Source: an uncultured Bifidobacteriaceae bacterium (GTDB lineage Bacteria; Actinomycetota; Acidimicrobiia; IMCC26256; JAENVU01). Taken from it: 64,000 bases of DNA. Below are positions 1-8,374 of the stretch, one piece after another; the first letter of the stretch is position 1; the number at the start of each line of letters is the position of its first letter. The translations under genes were made by a program, and so were the position numbers. The notes below the pieces were generated by a model. The model did not search any database. It was given only the letters and a program-made list of their open reading frames with translations, and was not told the origin of the DNA. The DNA is taken from contig CAZXCB010000001.1 in the NCBI GenBank assembly GCA_964639075.1, positions 9,602-73,601 on the forward strand, in the 5' to 3' direction.

Positions 1-180
1 GAGCTCGAGCCCGGAGAACGTGCCGTCGGCCTCCTTGCGCACCACCAGCACGTCCCAGAGGCGCACGATCCCCGCCTCGATCAGGTTCGCGATCTCGGTG
101 GCCATCTCACCGGTGAACTTGTCGCCCGGGAACTCCATGAGCACGAAGTCGATGGGCCCGTGCACGTCCACGTTGGTCAT
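1..180 (-). CDS. Partial CDS (first 60 codons; C-terminus lies beyond window start): conserved hypothetical, DUF6325-like
   Basis: Reverse-strand ATG at 178-180 opens MTNVDVHGPIDFVLMEFPGDKFTGEMATEIANLIEAGIVRLWDVLVVRKEADGTFSGLEL with no stop before position 1. It is absent from the ORF track because it is truncated. The family name is from memory of the GPI.FV..EFPG..F.GE motif. Confidence 0.5.
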   Translation of the reverse strand, partial: MTNVDVHGPIDFVLMEFPGDKFTGEMATEIANLIEAGIVRLWDVLVVRKEADGTFSGLEL

Positions 181-252
181 CTGCGTTCCGCTTCTCGGTC
201 GGGGGCGGCGTGCCGCCCGGTCGGTTGCCCGTCGAACACTAGGACACGCGTG

Positions 253-684
253 TCAGTCGGAGCAGTTGGACAGGCCCTCGTCGAGGCCCTGGTAGAAGCG
301 CTGGGTCCGACCCTGGGTGACCCGGATCGCCTGCTGGACGTTGCGTCGGATCGCGGCGATGTCCTGCTGGCGCAACACGTCGTTGTCGTTCTCGACGTGC
401 TGGACGAGGTCCGACAGGTTCTCGTCGATGTCCCGGACGTCCTCGGACACCGGCCGTCCCGTCGTCTTCACGGCCTTGTCGGTCCACTTCTTCGCCTCCG
501 CGAGCGCCGACTGGGCGTCGCTCGCGCTCGACGCGTCCTTGAGGTCGCAGATCGCGTCACCGGTCTTGCGACCGTCGCGCTCCACGCGGAACCCCGCGCA
601 CCCGGCGGTGATCCCCACGACGACCGCGAGGCCGCACGCGGTCGCGGTCCACCGGCGGGCGCGCCCTGATCGGAGCCGACCCAT
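253..684 (-). CDS. Secreted lipoprotein, unknown function (143 aa)
   Basis: Last 143 codons of ORF 253..2394, with ATG at 682-684. Signal peptide plus lipobox (VVVGITAG/C). Composition is helical and protein-like, while the upstream part of the ORF is Arg-rich noise. The start overlaps the stop of the upstream gene (ATGA). Confidence 0.7.
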   Translation of the reverse strand: MGRLRSGRARRWTATACGLAVVVGITAGCAGFRVERDGRKTGDAICDLKDASSASDAQSALAEAKKWTDKAVKTTGRPVSEDVRDIDENLSDLVQHVENDNDVLRQQDIAAIRRNVQQAIRVTQGRTQRFYQGLDEGLSNCSD

Positions 685-1262
685 CACCCCACCACCTTTC
701 CGAGCTTCTTCACCTGGAAGGCCATCACGATCTGCGCGATCCCGCGGAACAGCGCGCCGAGGCCGACCCACAGGACGAGCAGATAGCCGGAGCGACCCGG
801 GTAGCCGATGGCCCAGAACGCGACCAGGATCATGGCGATCCCGACGACGAGCTCGAGCCACCACAGCTCGACGTCGCGGTTCGAGAGCGCGGCGACGACC
901 TCGAACGTCCCCCGGATCAGCAGGAACCAGCTGATCAGGATCGCGAGCGCGCCGAACGTCCACTCCGGGTACGCGAACGCCGCGACCGCGCCGCCGAGGA
1001 ACACGAGACCGAGCAGACCGTGCAGCCAGCGCCAGCCCGCCAGCACGACCGCGTGGAAGATCTCCTCGATCGAGGCGAGGATGAGCACGAAGCCCACCAG
1101 GAACGTGATCGTGTTGATCGACGTCTGGTCGAACTGCAGCACGAGCAGGCTCACGAAGATCCACAGGAGGCCCGTGACGAGGAAGATCCACCACGCCTTG
1201 CTGATGCCGCGGAGGTCGGCTCGGACCTCCGCGTCGGTCACGTCGACCGACAGGTACGTCAT
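684..1262 (-). CDS. HdeD/DUF308-family integral membrane protein
   Basis: ORF 684..1373, internal ATG at 1260-1262 (MTYLSVDVTDAE...). About six hydrophobic helices with the W/G-rich DUF308 pattern. Stop is coupled to the downstream lipoprotein start. Confidence 0.75.
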   Translation of the reverse strand: MTYLSVDVTDAEVRADLRGISKAWWIFLVTGLLWIFVSLLVLQFDQTSINTITFLVGFVLILASIEEIFHAVVLAGWRWLHGLLGLVFLGGAVAAFAYPEWTFGALAILISWFLLIRGTFEVVAALSNRDVELWWLELVVGIAMILVAFWAIGYPGRSGYLLVLWVGLGALFRGIAQIVMAFQVKKLGKVVG

Positions 1263-1382
1263 CTCCACTGTCACGTCGCTCCCCTTCCGTCGTCCCGGCT
1301 CGCGGCCGTCTTTGTACCAGCCCGGCGGGGACCGCGCCGCGATGACCACGCGCCGGCCGGGGCCGGGTCGCACGGGTCCGCC

Positions 1383-2294
1383 TCAGCGCGTGATCTGGGT
1401 GCCGCTGCGGCCCGAGAACACCGCGCCGCAGTCGTCGACCGAGCCGATCGCCGCGGTGCCACCCGTCGCCACGACGAAGCGACACGCGGCGACGACCTTG
1501 GGTCCCATCGAGCCGGGCGGGTACCGGTGCGCGGCGAGCTCCGCGGCGGTGGCGTCGGCGACCGGGCGTGCCCCCGGGCGGCCGAAGCCCTCCATCACGG
1601 CCTCGACGTCGGTGAGCAGGAGCAGCCGGTCGGCGCGCAGCCCGATGCCGAGCAGCGCGCTCGTGTGGTCCTTGTCCACCACCGCCTCGACCCCGGTGCG
1701 CACCCCGGCGTCGTCGAGCACGATCGGGATTCCACCACCCCCCGCGCACACGACCACGACCCCGGCGTCGACGAGCACCTCGATCGCGCGCAGCTCGAGC
1801 ACGCGCCGTGGCAAGGGTGACGGCACGACGCGGCGCGCCCGGGCTGCGCCCGACGGGTCCGGATCCACCGCGACGAACGTCCACCCGCGGGCGGCCGCCA
1901 GCGCGTCCGCGGCGCTCGTCGACACGGGCGGACCGACGGGCTTCTCCGGAGCCGCGAACGCGGTGTCGCTCGCATCGACCTCGACCTGGGTGAGCACCGC
2001 GGCGACGTCCCGCGGCCCGAGCGCGGAACCGAGCTCGCGCGCCAGCGCGTAGCCCAGCAGACCCTCGGTCTGTGCGTCGAGCACGTCGAGCGTCGTCGCC
2101 GGATCGCTTCGATCGGCGCCGCTGGTCGCGAGCAGGCCCACCTGCGGACCGTTGCCGTGGGTGACCACGACGTCGTGCCTCGCGGCGATCCGCGCGATCG
2201 CACGCCCCACCGACCGCAGGCGGTCCGGGTCGGGCGCGATCCGGTTCCCGTCGCCGGCCAGTGCATTCCCGCCCACGGCGACCACGACTCGCAC
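1383..2294 (-). CDS. arcC: Carbamate kinase
   Basis: C-terminal 303 codons of ORF 1383..3149, GTG at 2292-2294. Motifs VVAVGGNAL, THGNGPQVG, DKDHTSALL, GSMGPKV. Confidence 0.85.
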   Translation of the reverse strand: MRVVVAVGGNALAGDGNRIAPDPDRLRSVGRAIARIAARHDVVVTHGNGPQVGLLATSGADRSDPATTLDVLDAQTEGLLGYALARELGSALGPRDVAAVLTQVEVDASDTAFAAPEKPVGPPVSTSAADALAAARGWTFVAVDPDPSGAARARRVVPSPLPRRVLELRAIEVLVDAGVVVVCAGGGGIPIVLDDAGVRTGVEAVVDKDHTSALLGIGLRADRLLLLTDVEAVMEGFGRPGARPVADATAAELAAHRYPPGSMGPKVVAACRFVVATGGTAAIGSVDDCGAVFSGRSGTQITR

Positions 2295-2408
2295 CCCGGG
2301 ATGATCGACGCGAGACCGGTGCGCGCACAACCGCCGCGAGACCTCCGGTCCTCGGCCCGGACGGTCCGGCCTGCGAGCATCGGGGCCGGAGCATCCGGGA
2401 GGGTCCAC

Positions 2409-3749
2409 GTGCGGACGATCGTGATCATGGGCGCCGGCGGCCGCGACTTCCACGTCTTCAACACCGTGTTCCGGTCCGATCCGGGCCGGCGGGTCGTCGC
2501 CTTCACCGCCGCCCAGATCCCCGGCATCGCGGACCGGCGCTACCCGGCCTCGCTCGCCGGACCGCGGTACCCGGACGGCATCCCGATCGTCGCCGAGTCC
2601 GAGCTCGACCGCGTCGTGCGGGAGCACGAGGTCGACGAGGTCGTCCTCGCGTACAGCGACCTGGCGTACGACACGGTGATGCACCTCGCGGCGCAGGTGC
2701 TCGCGACGGGAGCCGACTTCCGGCTCGTCGGCCCGCGTGCGTCGATGCTGTGCTCGACGCGACCCGTCGTGGCGGTGTGCGCGACCCGCACCGGGAGCGG
2801 CAAGAGCCAGACCAGCCGGCGCATCGGACAGCTGCTGCGCGCGGCCGGGCTGCGCATCGCGCTCGTCCGCCATCCGATGCCCTACGGCGACCTCGAGGCG
2901 ATGCGGCTCCAGCGGTTCACGTCCCTCGCCGAGATCGACGCGTCGCACCCGACGATCGAGGAGCGCGAGGAGTACGAAGAGCCCGTCCGGCTCGGCATGA
3001 CGGTCTACGCCGGCGTCGACTACGAGGCGATCCTGCGCCGGGCCGAGCAGGATGCCGACGTCATCGTGTGGGACGGCGGCAACAACGACTTCCCGTTCTT
3101 CGCTCCCGACCTGTTCGTGACCGTTGCCGATGCGCTCCGGCCGGGTCATGAGCTCCGCTACTTCCCGGGCGAGGTCAACGTGCGTCTCGCCGACGTCGTC
3201 GTGGTGAACAAGGTCGACCGGGCGGCGCCGGCGGCGGTCGAGGAGGTCGTCGCGAACGTGCGGGCGCTCAACCCCACCGCGACGATCGTGCGCGCCGCGT
3301 CACCCGTCCGGCTCGATCCGGGACCGTCGCTCCGCGGCCGGCGGGCACTCGTCGTCGAGGACGGGCCGACCATCACCCACGGCGGCATGGCGTACGGAGC
3401 CGGGCTGGTCGCCGCGGAGGCCGAGGGCGCGATCGTGGTCGATCCGCGGCCGCACGCGACCGGTTCGATCGCCCAGACCTACGCCCGCTACCCCCACATC
3501 GGCGCGGTGCTCCCGGCCATGGGATACGGCGACGCGCAGACCCGCGACCTCGCGGCGACCATCGCCGCCGCCATCGCCGCGACCGGGTGCGACGTCGTGA
3601 TCAGCGGGACCCCCGTCGAGCTGGCGCACGTGGTGCCGATCGACGTGCCGGTCCGCCGGGCGCGCTACGAGCTCGCCGAGGTCGGCACGCCGGACCTGGC
3701 GAGTCTGCTGGCGCCGTTCGTCGAGGAATGGTCGACCGGTCGCGGTTGA
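2409..3749 (+). CDS. P-loop NTPase of the cyclic 2,3-diphosphoglycerate-synthetase-like family (COG2403-like predicted GTPase)
   Basis: Part of ORF 2157..3749. GTG at 2409 is preceded by GGGAGGG (2397-2403). Walker A CATRTGSGKSQTS, DGGNND, and an NKxD-type VVVNKVD. Confidence 0.75.
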   Translation: MRTIVIMGAGGRDFHVFNTVFRSDPGRRVVAFTAAQIPGIADRRYPASLAGPRYPDGIPIVAESELDRVVREHEVDEVVLAYSDLAYDTVMHLAAQVLATGADFRLVGPRASMLCSTRPVVAVCATRTGSGKSQTSRRIGQLLRAAGLRIALVRHPMPYGDLEAMRLQRFTSLAEIDASHPTIEEREEYEEPVRLGMTVYAGVDYEAILRRAEQDADVIVWDGGNNDFPFFAPDLFVTVADALRPGHELRYFPGEVNVRLADVVVVNKVDRAAPAAVEEVVANVRALNPTATIVRAASPVRLDPGPSLRGRRALVVEDGPTITHGGMAYGAGLVAAEAEGAIVVDPRPHATGSIAQTYARYPHIGAVLPAMGYGDAQTRDLAATIAAAIAATGCDVVISGTPVELAHVVPIDVPVRRARYELAEVGTPDLASLLAPFVEEWSTGRG

Positions 3750-3788
3750 ACGACGAGACTCGATGATCGGCCCGGACGAGGGAACGGC

Positions 3789-5450
3789 GTGAGACGCAGG
3801 TCCAGACGGGGTATCCGCCGCGCGCTCGACGTGCGGGACTACCGGCTGCTCCTCGCGGCGTCGACGGCCTCCCAGACCGGCGACTGGCTCTACAACGTCG
3901 CGCTCGTGGCGTGGGCGTACGAGGTCACCCGCTCCGCCGGCTGGGTCGCGGTCATCACGATCGTCCGGCTCGCGCCGTACCCGGTCTTCGGCCCCCTCGG
4001 CGGGCTGCTCGCCGACACGTTCGACCGCCGCCGGGTGCTCATCGTCTCCGACGTGCTGCGCGGTGGACTCGTCGCCGCGCTCGCGGTGGTCGCCGCATCC
4101 GACGGTCCGGTGGGCCTCGCCGTCGCGCTCGCCGGGGCCGCCGCGGTCGCGGGCACCGCGTACCGCTCGGCCGTGGTCGGCATGCTGCCCGACATCGTCG
4201 GGGAACGCAGCCTCGCGGCGGCGAACGCGCTCGAGAGCATGGTCGAGAGCGTCACCGTCGTGGTCGGCCCCATGGTCGGCGTCGCCCTGCTCGTCGCCGG
4301 GAGCCCTGCTCTCGCCTTCGCGGTGAACGCGGTGACCTTCTTCGCCTCCGCCATCGGGGCGGTCGCGATGCGGACGCGCAGCCGCGGCTCCGCCGCGGAC
4401 CAGGCGGCGGACGCACACTGGATCGGCCGGCTCGGCCGCGGCTTCCACGAGCTCGCGTCCGCGCGCGACGCCCGCGTGGTCGCAGCCTTCCTGCTCGGCA
4501 CGTCGTTCGTCTACGGCGCACAGTCCGTGATGCTCGTGCTCATCGCGAGCGAACACCTGCGCGCCGGTCCGGACGGAGTCGGCGTCCTCTACGCGGCGCT
4601 CGGCGTCGGGGGCCTGCTCGGCGCGGTCGGGGTCACGCCTCTGGCCCGCTCGCCGAGGGTCGGCGCGGCCATGCTCGTCGCATTGGCGGTGAACGCCGTG
4701 CCGATGGCCGCAGTCGTCGGGACCCGCGACGCGGCCAGCGCGTTCGCGCTGGTGCTCGTGAGCGGCATCGGGATGGTCGTGGTCAGCGTCTTGAGCCTCA
4801 CCCAGCTCCAACGCTCCTTGCCCGGATCCGTCCTCGGCCGCGTCTGGGGCGCGCTCGACGCCCTGACCGTGCTCGTGATGATCGTCGGCTCGCTGGTGGT
4901 AGGGCCGACGGTCGCCACGATCGGTCGGGACGGTGCGTTCGTGGCGCTCATGGTCGCGGTGCCGACACTGGGACTCGCCGGTCTCGGCCGGCTGCTCCAC
5001 GCCGACCGCGAAGCGGTCGCGCTGCTCGCCCGCATCGGCGGGATCCTCGCACTGCTCGAGCAGCTGCCGATCTTCGAGCACGCCGACCGTTCGGTCCTCG
5101 AACGCCTCGCCCTCTCGGCCACCGTCACCGAGCTCCCGATCGGTGCCGATGCCATCGTCCAGGGCGAGCCCGCGACCCACTTCTTCGTGATCCAGCACGG
5201 GCGCCTCGACGTCCTTCGCACCGACGGCGCCCTCACCCGCAAGATCGCCGTGCTCGGTGCAGGCGACTGGTTCGGCGAGATCGGCCTCCTCCACGACGTG
5301 CCACGCAACGCGACCGTCCGGGCCCGATGGCCGTCGGTCGTCTGGACCATCGAGGGGGCCGAGCTGCTCGACGCCGTGAGCGCGGCGCCGACGGTGTCGG
5401 CACGGTTGCTGGAGGGGGTGGCGACCCGCCTCGGCGCGGCCGAGCACTGA
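3789..5450 (+). CDS. MFS transporter fused to a C-terminal cyclic-nucleotide-binding domain
   Basis: ORF 3789..5450 (GTG start). About 12 TM helices, then a cNMP-binding fold (IVQGEPATHFFVIQHGRLDV...GDWFGEIGLL...RNATVRA). Confidence 0.85.
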   Translation: MRRRSRRGIRRALDVRDYRLLLAASTASQTGDWLYNVALVAWAYEVTRSAGWVAVITIVRLAPYPVFGPLGGLLADTFDRRRVLIVSDVLRGGLVAALAVVAASDGPVGLAVALAGAAAVAGTAYRSAVVGMLPDIVGERSLAAANALESMVESVTVVVGPMVGVALLVAGSPALAFAVNAVTFFASAIGAVAMRTRSRGSAADQAADAHWIGRLGRGFHELASARDARVVAAFLLGTSFVYGAQSVMLVLIASEHLRAGPDGVGVLYAALGVGGLLGAVGVTPLARSPRVGAAMLVALAVNAVPMAAVVGTRDAASAFALVLVSGIGMVVVSVLSLTQLQRSLPGSVLGRVWGALDALTVLVMIVGSLVVGPTVATIGRDGAFVALMVAVPTLGLAGLGRLLHADREAVALLARIGGILALLEQLPIFEHADRSVLERLALSATVTELPIGADAIVQGEPATHFFVIQHGRLDVLRTDGALTRKIAVLGAGDWFGEIGLLHDVPRNATVRARWPSVVWTIEGAELLDAVSAAPTVSARLLEGVATRLGAAEH

Positions 5451-5460
5451 TCCGCCGCGC

Positions 5461-6069
5461 TCAGCTCGACGCGACCTGCGGCTCGGGACGGGCGAGCCAG
5501 ATGCTCGCGACGAAGAAGCAGGCTCCGCCGAGGAAGGTCCCGGCGTTGGCCCAGCGGGTGTTGAGCAGGTCGCCGGTGGTGGGCAGCACGAACGCGCCGA
5601 TCGCGGAGACGCCGAAGAAGATCGACCCCAGCAGGTTCAGGACCGCCATGCCGCGGTCACGACGCGTCGCCGCGACGATCCACACCGCGATCACGCCGAT
5701 TCCGCTGGAGACGAGGAACAGGATCGATCCCACCGCGTCCGGCGACCAGACGAGCCGACGCTCCTGGGTGGCCGTGAGCCCCTGGACGATGGCGGCGAAC
5801 GTCGACACGTTGAACGCGAACGTGCCGATCCACTGCGTGACCGCGCTCCACCAGCCGAGTCGGCCCGGGTCGCGGGAGAAGAGGGGTGGGCCGCTCACCC
5901 GCGACGCCCGCTCCTGGAGGGTGGCGGCACTGGTGAAGAAGATGGACCCGACGAAGAACGTCGCGGCCGTGACCGTGACGTCGACGTGCTCGTAGTACGG
6001 CGGGAACGACCCGAGCATGAAGCAGAACGACCCGATCGTGAACAAGACCCCCATGCGCACGGTGCTCAT
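5461..6069 (-). CDS. Integral membrane protein with YrhK-like repeats
   Basis: ORF 5461..6069. Six hydrophobic helices with a repeated G.xFF.G/S pattern. Confidence 0.65.
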   Translation of the reverse strand: MSTVRMGVLFTIGSFCFMLGSFPPYYEHVDVTVTAATFFVGSIFFTSAATLQERASRVSGPPLFSRDPGRLGWWSAVTQWIGTFAFNVSTFAAIVQGLTATQERRLVWSPDAVGSILFLVSSGIGVIAVWIVAATRRDRGMAVLNLLGSIFFGVSAIGAFVLPTTGDLLNTRWANAGTFLGGACFFVASIWLARPEPQVASS

Positions 6070-6161
6070 GCCGCTGTCCCACCTCCCTCGGCCTCCGGGG
6101 CTCCGAGGCTATTGAACCCTCCGGGAGACGGTCGACGACAGGCACGCACGGCCGGTTCGGG

Positions 6162-7775
6162 ATGCGTACGATCCGCCGGATGAGCGCACCGACAGCCCCC
6201 GAGGTGGATCGCGTCCCCGACCGTCAGGGCCTCGTGCTGCTGGCGCTCATCCTGGTCGCCGCGGTCGCCAACCTGAACCTCGCGGTCGCGAACGTCGCGC
6301 TCCCCGACATCGGCAAGGCCTTCGACGCGAGCCAGACCGCGCTCGATCTCGTCGCCGTCGGCTATTCGCTCGGACTCGCGGCGTCGGTGCTGTGGCTGGG
6401 CGCGCTCGGCGACCGCTACGGCCGCAAGATGATGTTGATCCTCGGCGTGGCGATCTCCGTGCCGGCGTGCCTCCTCGCCGCGTGGGCACCGTCGGTCGAG
6501 GTGCTGTTCGCCGCCCGGCTGCTCGGCGGGGTGGCGGCGGGCATGGCCTACCCCACCACGCTCGCGCTGATCACCGCGCTGTGGTCCGGCCCGCCGCGAA
6601 CGCGTTCGATCGCGCTGTGGTCCGCGCTCGGCGGCGCGATCTCCGCGCTCGGCCCACTCGCGGCGGGCGCACTGCTCGAGTCGTACTGGTGGGGCTCGGT
6701 GTTCCTCATCACGCTGCCGCTCGCGGTCGTGGCGCTCGTGCTCGCCGTCCGGCTCGTCCCGTCCCACGTCGGCGAGGCCACCGAGCCGGTCGACAACCTG
6801 GGCGGCATCTTCTCCGCGCTGATGATCGGCGGCGTCGTCCTCGCGATCAACTTCGCGGCGGTACCGAACGAGGGCGCGCTCGTGCTCGGGCTGGTCGCGA
6901 TCGCGCTCGCGGCCGGCATCGGCTTCGTGATCCGTCAGCGCCGGGTCGCGAACCCCCTCTACGACCTGGACGTCGCGCAGCGCCGGATCTTCTGGGTGGC
7001 CGCCGTCGCCGGGATCGTGGTGTTCGGCTCGCTGATGGCCGCGATGTTCGTCGGCCAGCAGTTCCTCCAGAACGTGCTCGGGTACTCCACGCTCGACGCC
7101 GGGCTCGCGATCCTCCCCGCGGTCGTGGCCATGGTCATCGTCGCCCCGCGGTCGGCGAAGCTCGTGGAGGCGAAGGGCGCGCGCGTCACCCTGCTGATCG
7201 GCTACGTGTTCTGCTCGCTCGGGTTCCTCACGATGCTGCTGCTCTGGGACGAGGGCATCGCGTACTGGCCGGTCGGCCTCGGCTACCTGCTGGTCGGGGC
7301 GGGGGTCGGGTTCGCGGGGACGCCCGCCTCGCACTCGCTCACGGGCTCGGTCCCGGTCCGGCGCGCCGGCATGGCGTCGGGCACCGCCGACCTCCAGCGC
7401 GACCTCGGCGGGGCGATCATGCAGTCGATCCTCGGCGCGCTGCTCACGGCCGGCTATGCGAGCGCGTTCGCGAAGTCCATCGCGGCGTCGCCCAACGCGT
7501 CGAACATCACCGACAGCGTGCAGAGCCAGCTCGAGCACTCGTTCGCGAGCGCGGAGGCCACGGCGAGCCAGTACCCCGCGTACGCGAGCCAGATCACTGC
7601 GGCCGCGAAGGCGTCGTTCCTCCAGGGCGCGGACTGGGCCTACGCGGCCGGCCTGATCGCGGTGCTGCTCGGCGGCGTCCTCGTGTTCTTCATGTTCCCG
7701 CACGGCGCCGAGGAGAAGGCAAGGTTGGCCGAGTACCGGCGCGAGGACGAGGCCACGGCCGTCGCGAGCACATAG
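6162..7775 (+). CDS. MFS transporter, DHA2 (EmrB/QacA-like, 14-TM) family
   Basis: ORF 6162..7775. N-terminal motif LGALGDRYGRKMMLILG and 14 predicted helices. The alternative start at 6180 is not excluded. Confidence 0.85.
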   Translation: MRTIRRMSAPTAPEVDRVPDRQGLVLLALILVAAVANLNLAVANVALPDIGKAFDASQTALDLVAVGYSLGLAASVLWLGALGDRYGRKMMLILGVAISVPACLLAAWAPSVEVLFAARLLGGVAAGMAYPTTLALITALWSGPPRTRSIALWSALGGAISALGPLAAGALLESYWWGSVFLITLPLAVVALVLAVRLVPSHVGEATEPVDNLGGIFSALMIGGVVLAINFAAVPNEGALVLGLVAIALAAGIGFVIRQRRVANPLYDLDVAQRRIFWVAAVAGIVVFGSLMAAMFVGQQFLQNVLGYSTLDAGLAILPAVVAMVIVAPRSAKLVEAKGARVTLLIGYVFCSLGFLTMLLLWDEGIAYWPVGLGYLLVGAGVGFAGTPASHSLTGSVPVRRAGMASGTADLQRDLGGAIMQSILGALLTAGYASAFAKSIAASPNASNITDSVQSQLEHSFASAEATASQYPAYASQITAAAKASFLQGADWAYAAGLIAVLLGGVLVFFMFPHGAEEKARLAEYRREDEATAVAST

Positions 7776-7795
7776 CAGGAAGGACGGAGGACGAG

Positions 7796-8311
7796 ATGGG
7801 ACTGCTGAGGAACCGGGGTGGCGGCGATGACCATGTGCGTTACCGGATGCGCGAAAAGCTGATCTCGATCGGCGACGACTACTGGGTCGAGGACGCCGAC
7901 GGCAACAAGGCGTACAAGGTCGACGGGAAGGCCGCGCGCATCCGCGACACCTGGAAGCTGAAGGACGCATCCGGCAACGAGGTCGCGACCATCCGCGAGC
8001 GCAAGCTCAGCGTCCGCGACGCGATCACGATCGAGCTGGGCGACCGCAAGCTCGTCGTGAAGAAGGCACTCGTCGGCATCCGCGACCGGTTCCACATCGA
8101 CGTCGAGGACGGTCCGGACATGAAGGCACACGGCAACATCGTCGACCACGAGTACGAGATCGAACGGGACGGCGACACCGTCGCCGAGGTGTCGAAGAAG
8201 TGGTTCCGGATCCGCGACTCGTACGGCGTCGAGATCGACCGCGGCGTCGACCCCGCACTGATCCTGGCGATCACCGTGGCGATCGACGCGCTCTCCCACG
8301 ACGCCGTGTAG
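7796..8311 (+). CDS. LURP-one-related / DUF567 (tubby C-terminal-like) protein
   Basis: Last 171 codons of ORF 6392..8311, ATG at 7796. Sequence MREKLISIGDDYWVEDADGNKAYKVDGK... is typical of the family. Confidence 0.8.
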   Translation: MGLLRNRGGGDDHVRYRMREKLISIGDDYWVEDADGNKAYKVDGKAARIRDTWKLKDASGNEVATIRERKLSVRDAITIELGDRKLVVKKALVGIRDRFHIDVEDGPDMKAHGNIVDHEYEIERDGDTVAEVSKKWFRIRDSYGVEIDRGVDPALILAITVAIDALSHDAV

Positions 8312-8374
8312 ACCGCCGGGCGGAAGCGGCGCCGCGCCGAGCGCGTCGCGCAGTGGTGCGTCGTCGCAGCCGAC

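Noticed and set aside
253-2394. Long ORFs dominated by Arg/Gly/Pro/Ala. Examples: 253..2394, 3300..5447, 6066..7970, 20294..22114, 38807..40849, 39985..43101, 56770..59481, and the N-terminal two thirds of 30621..34940.
   Set aside because: They lie antisense to or out of frame with genes that have clear motifs. They have extreme low-complexity composition and no SD-supported starts. This is the expected stop-codon-poor artefact of very GC-rich DNA. Only their terminal, protein-like portions were kept as genes.
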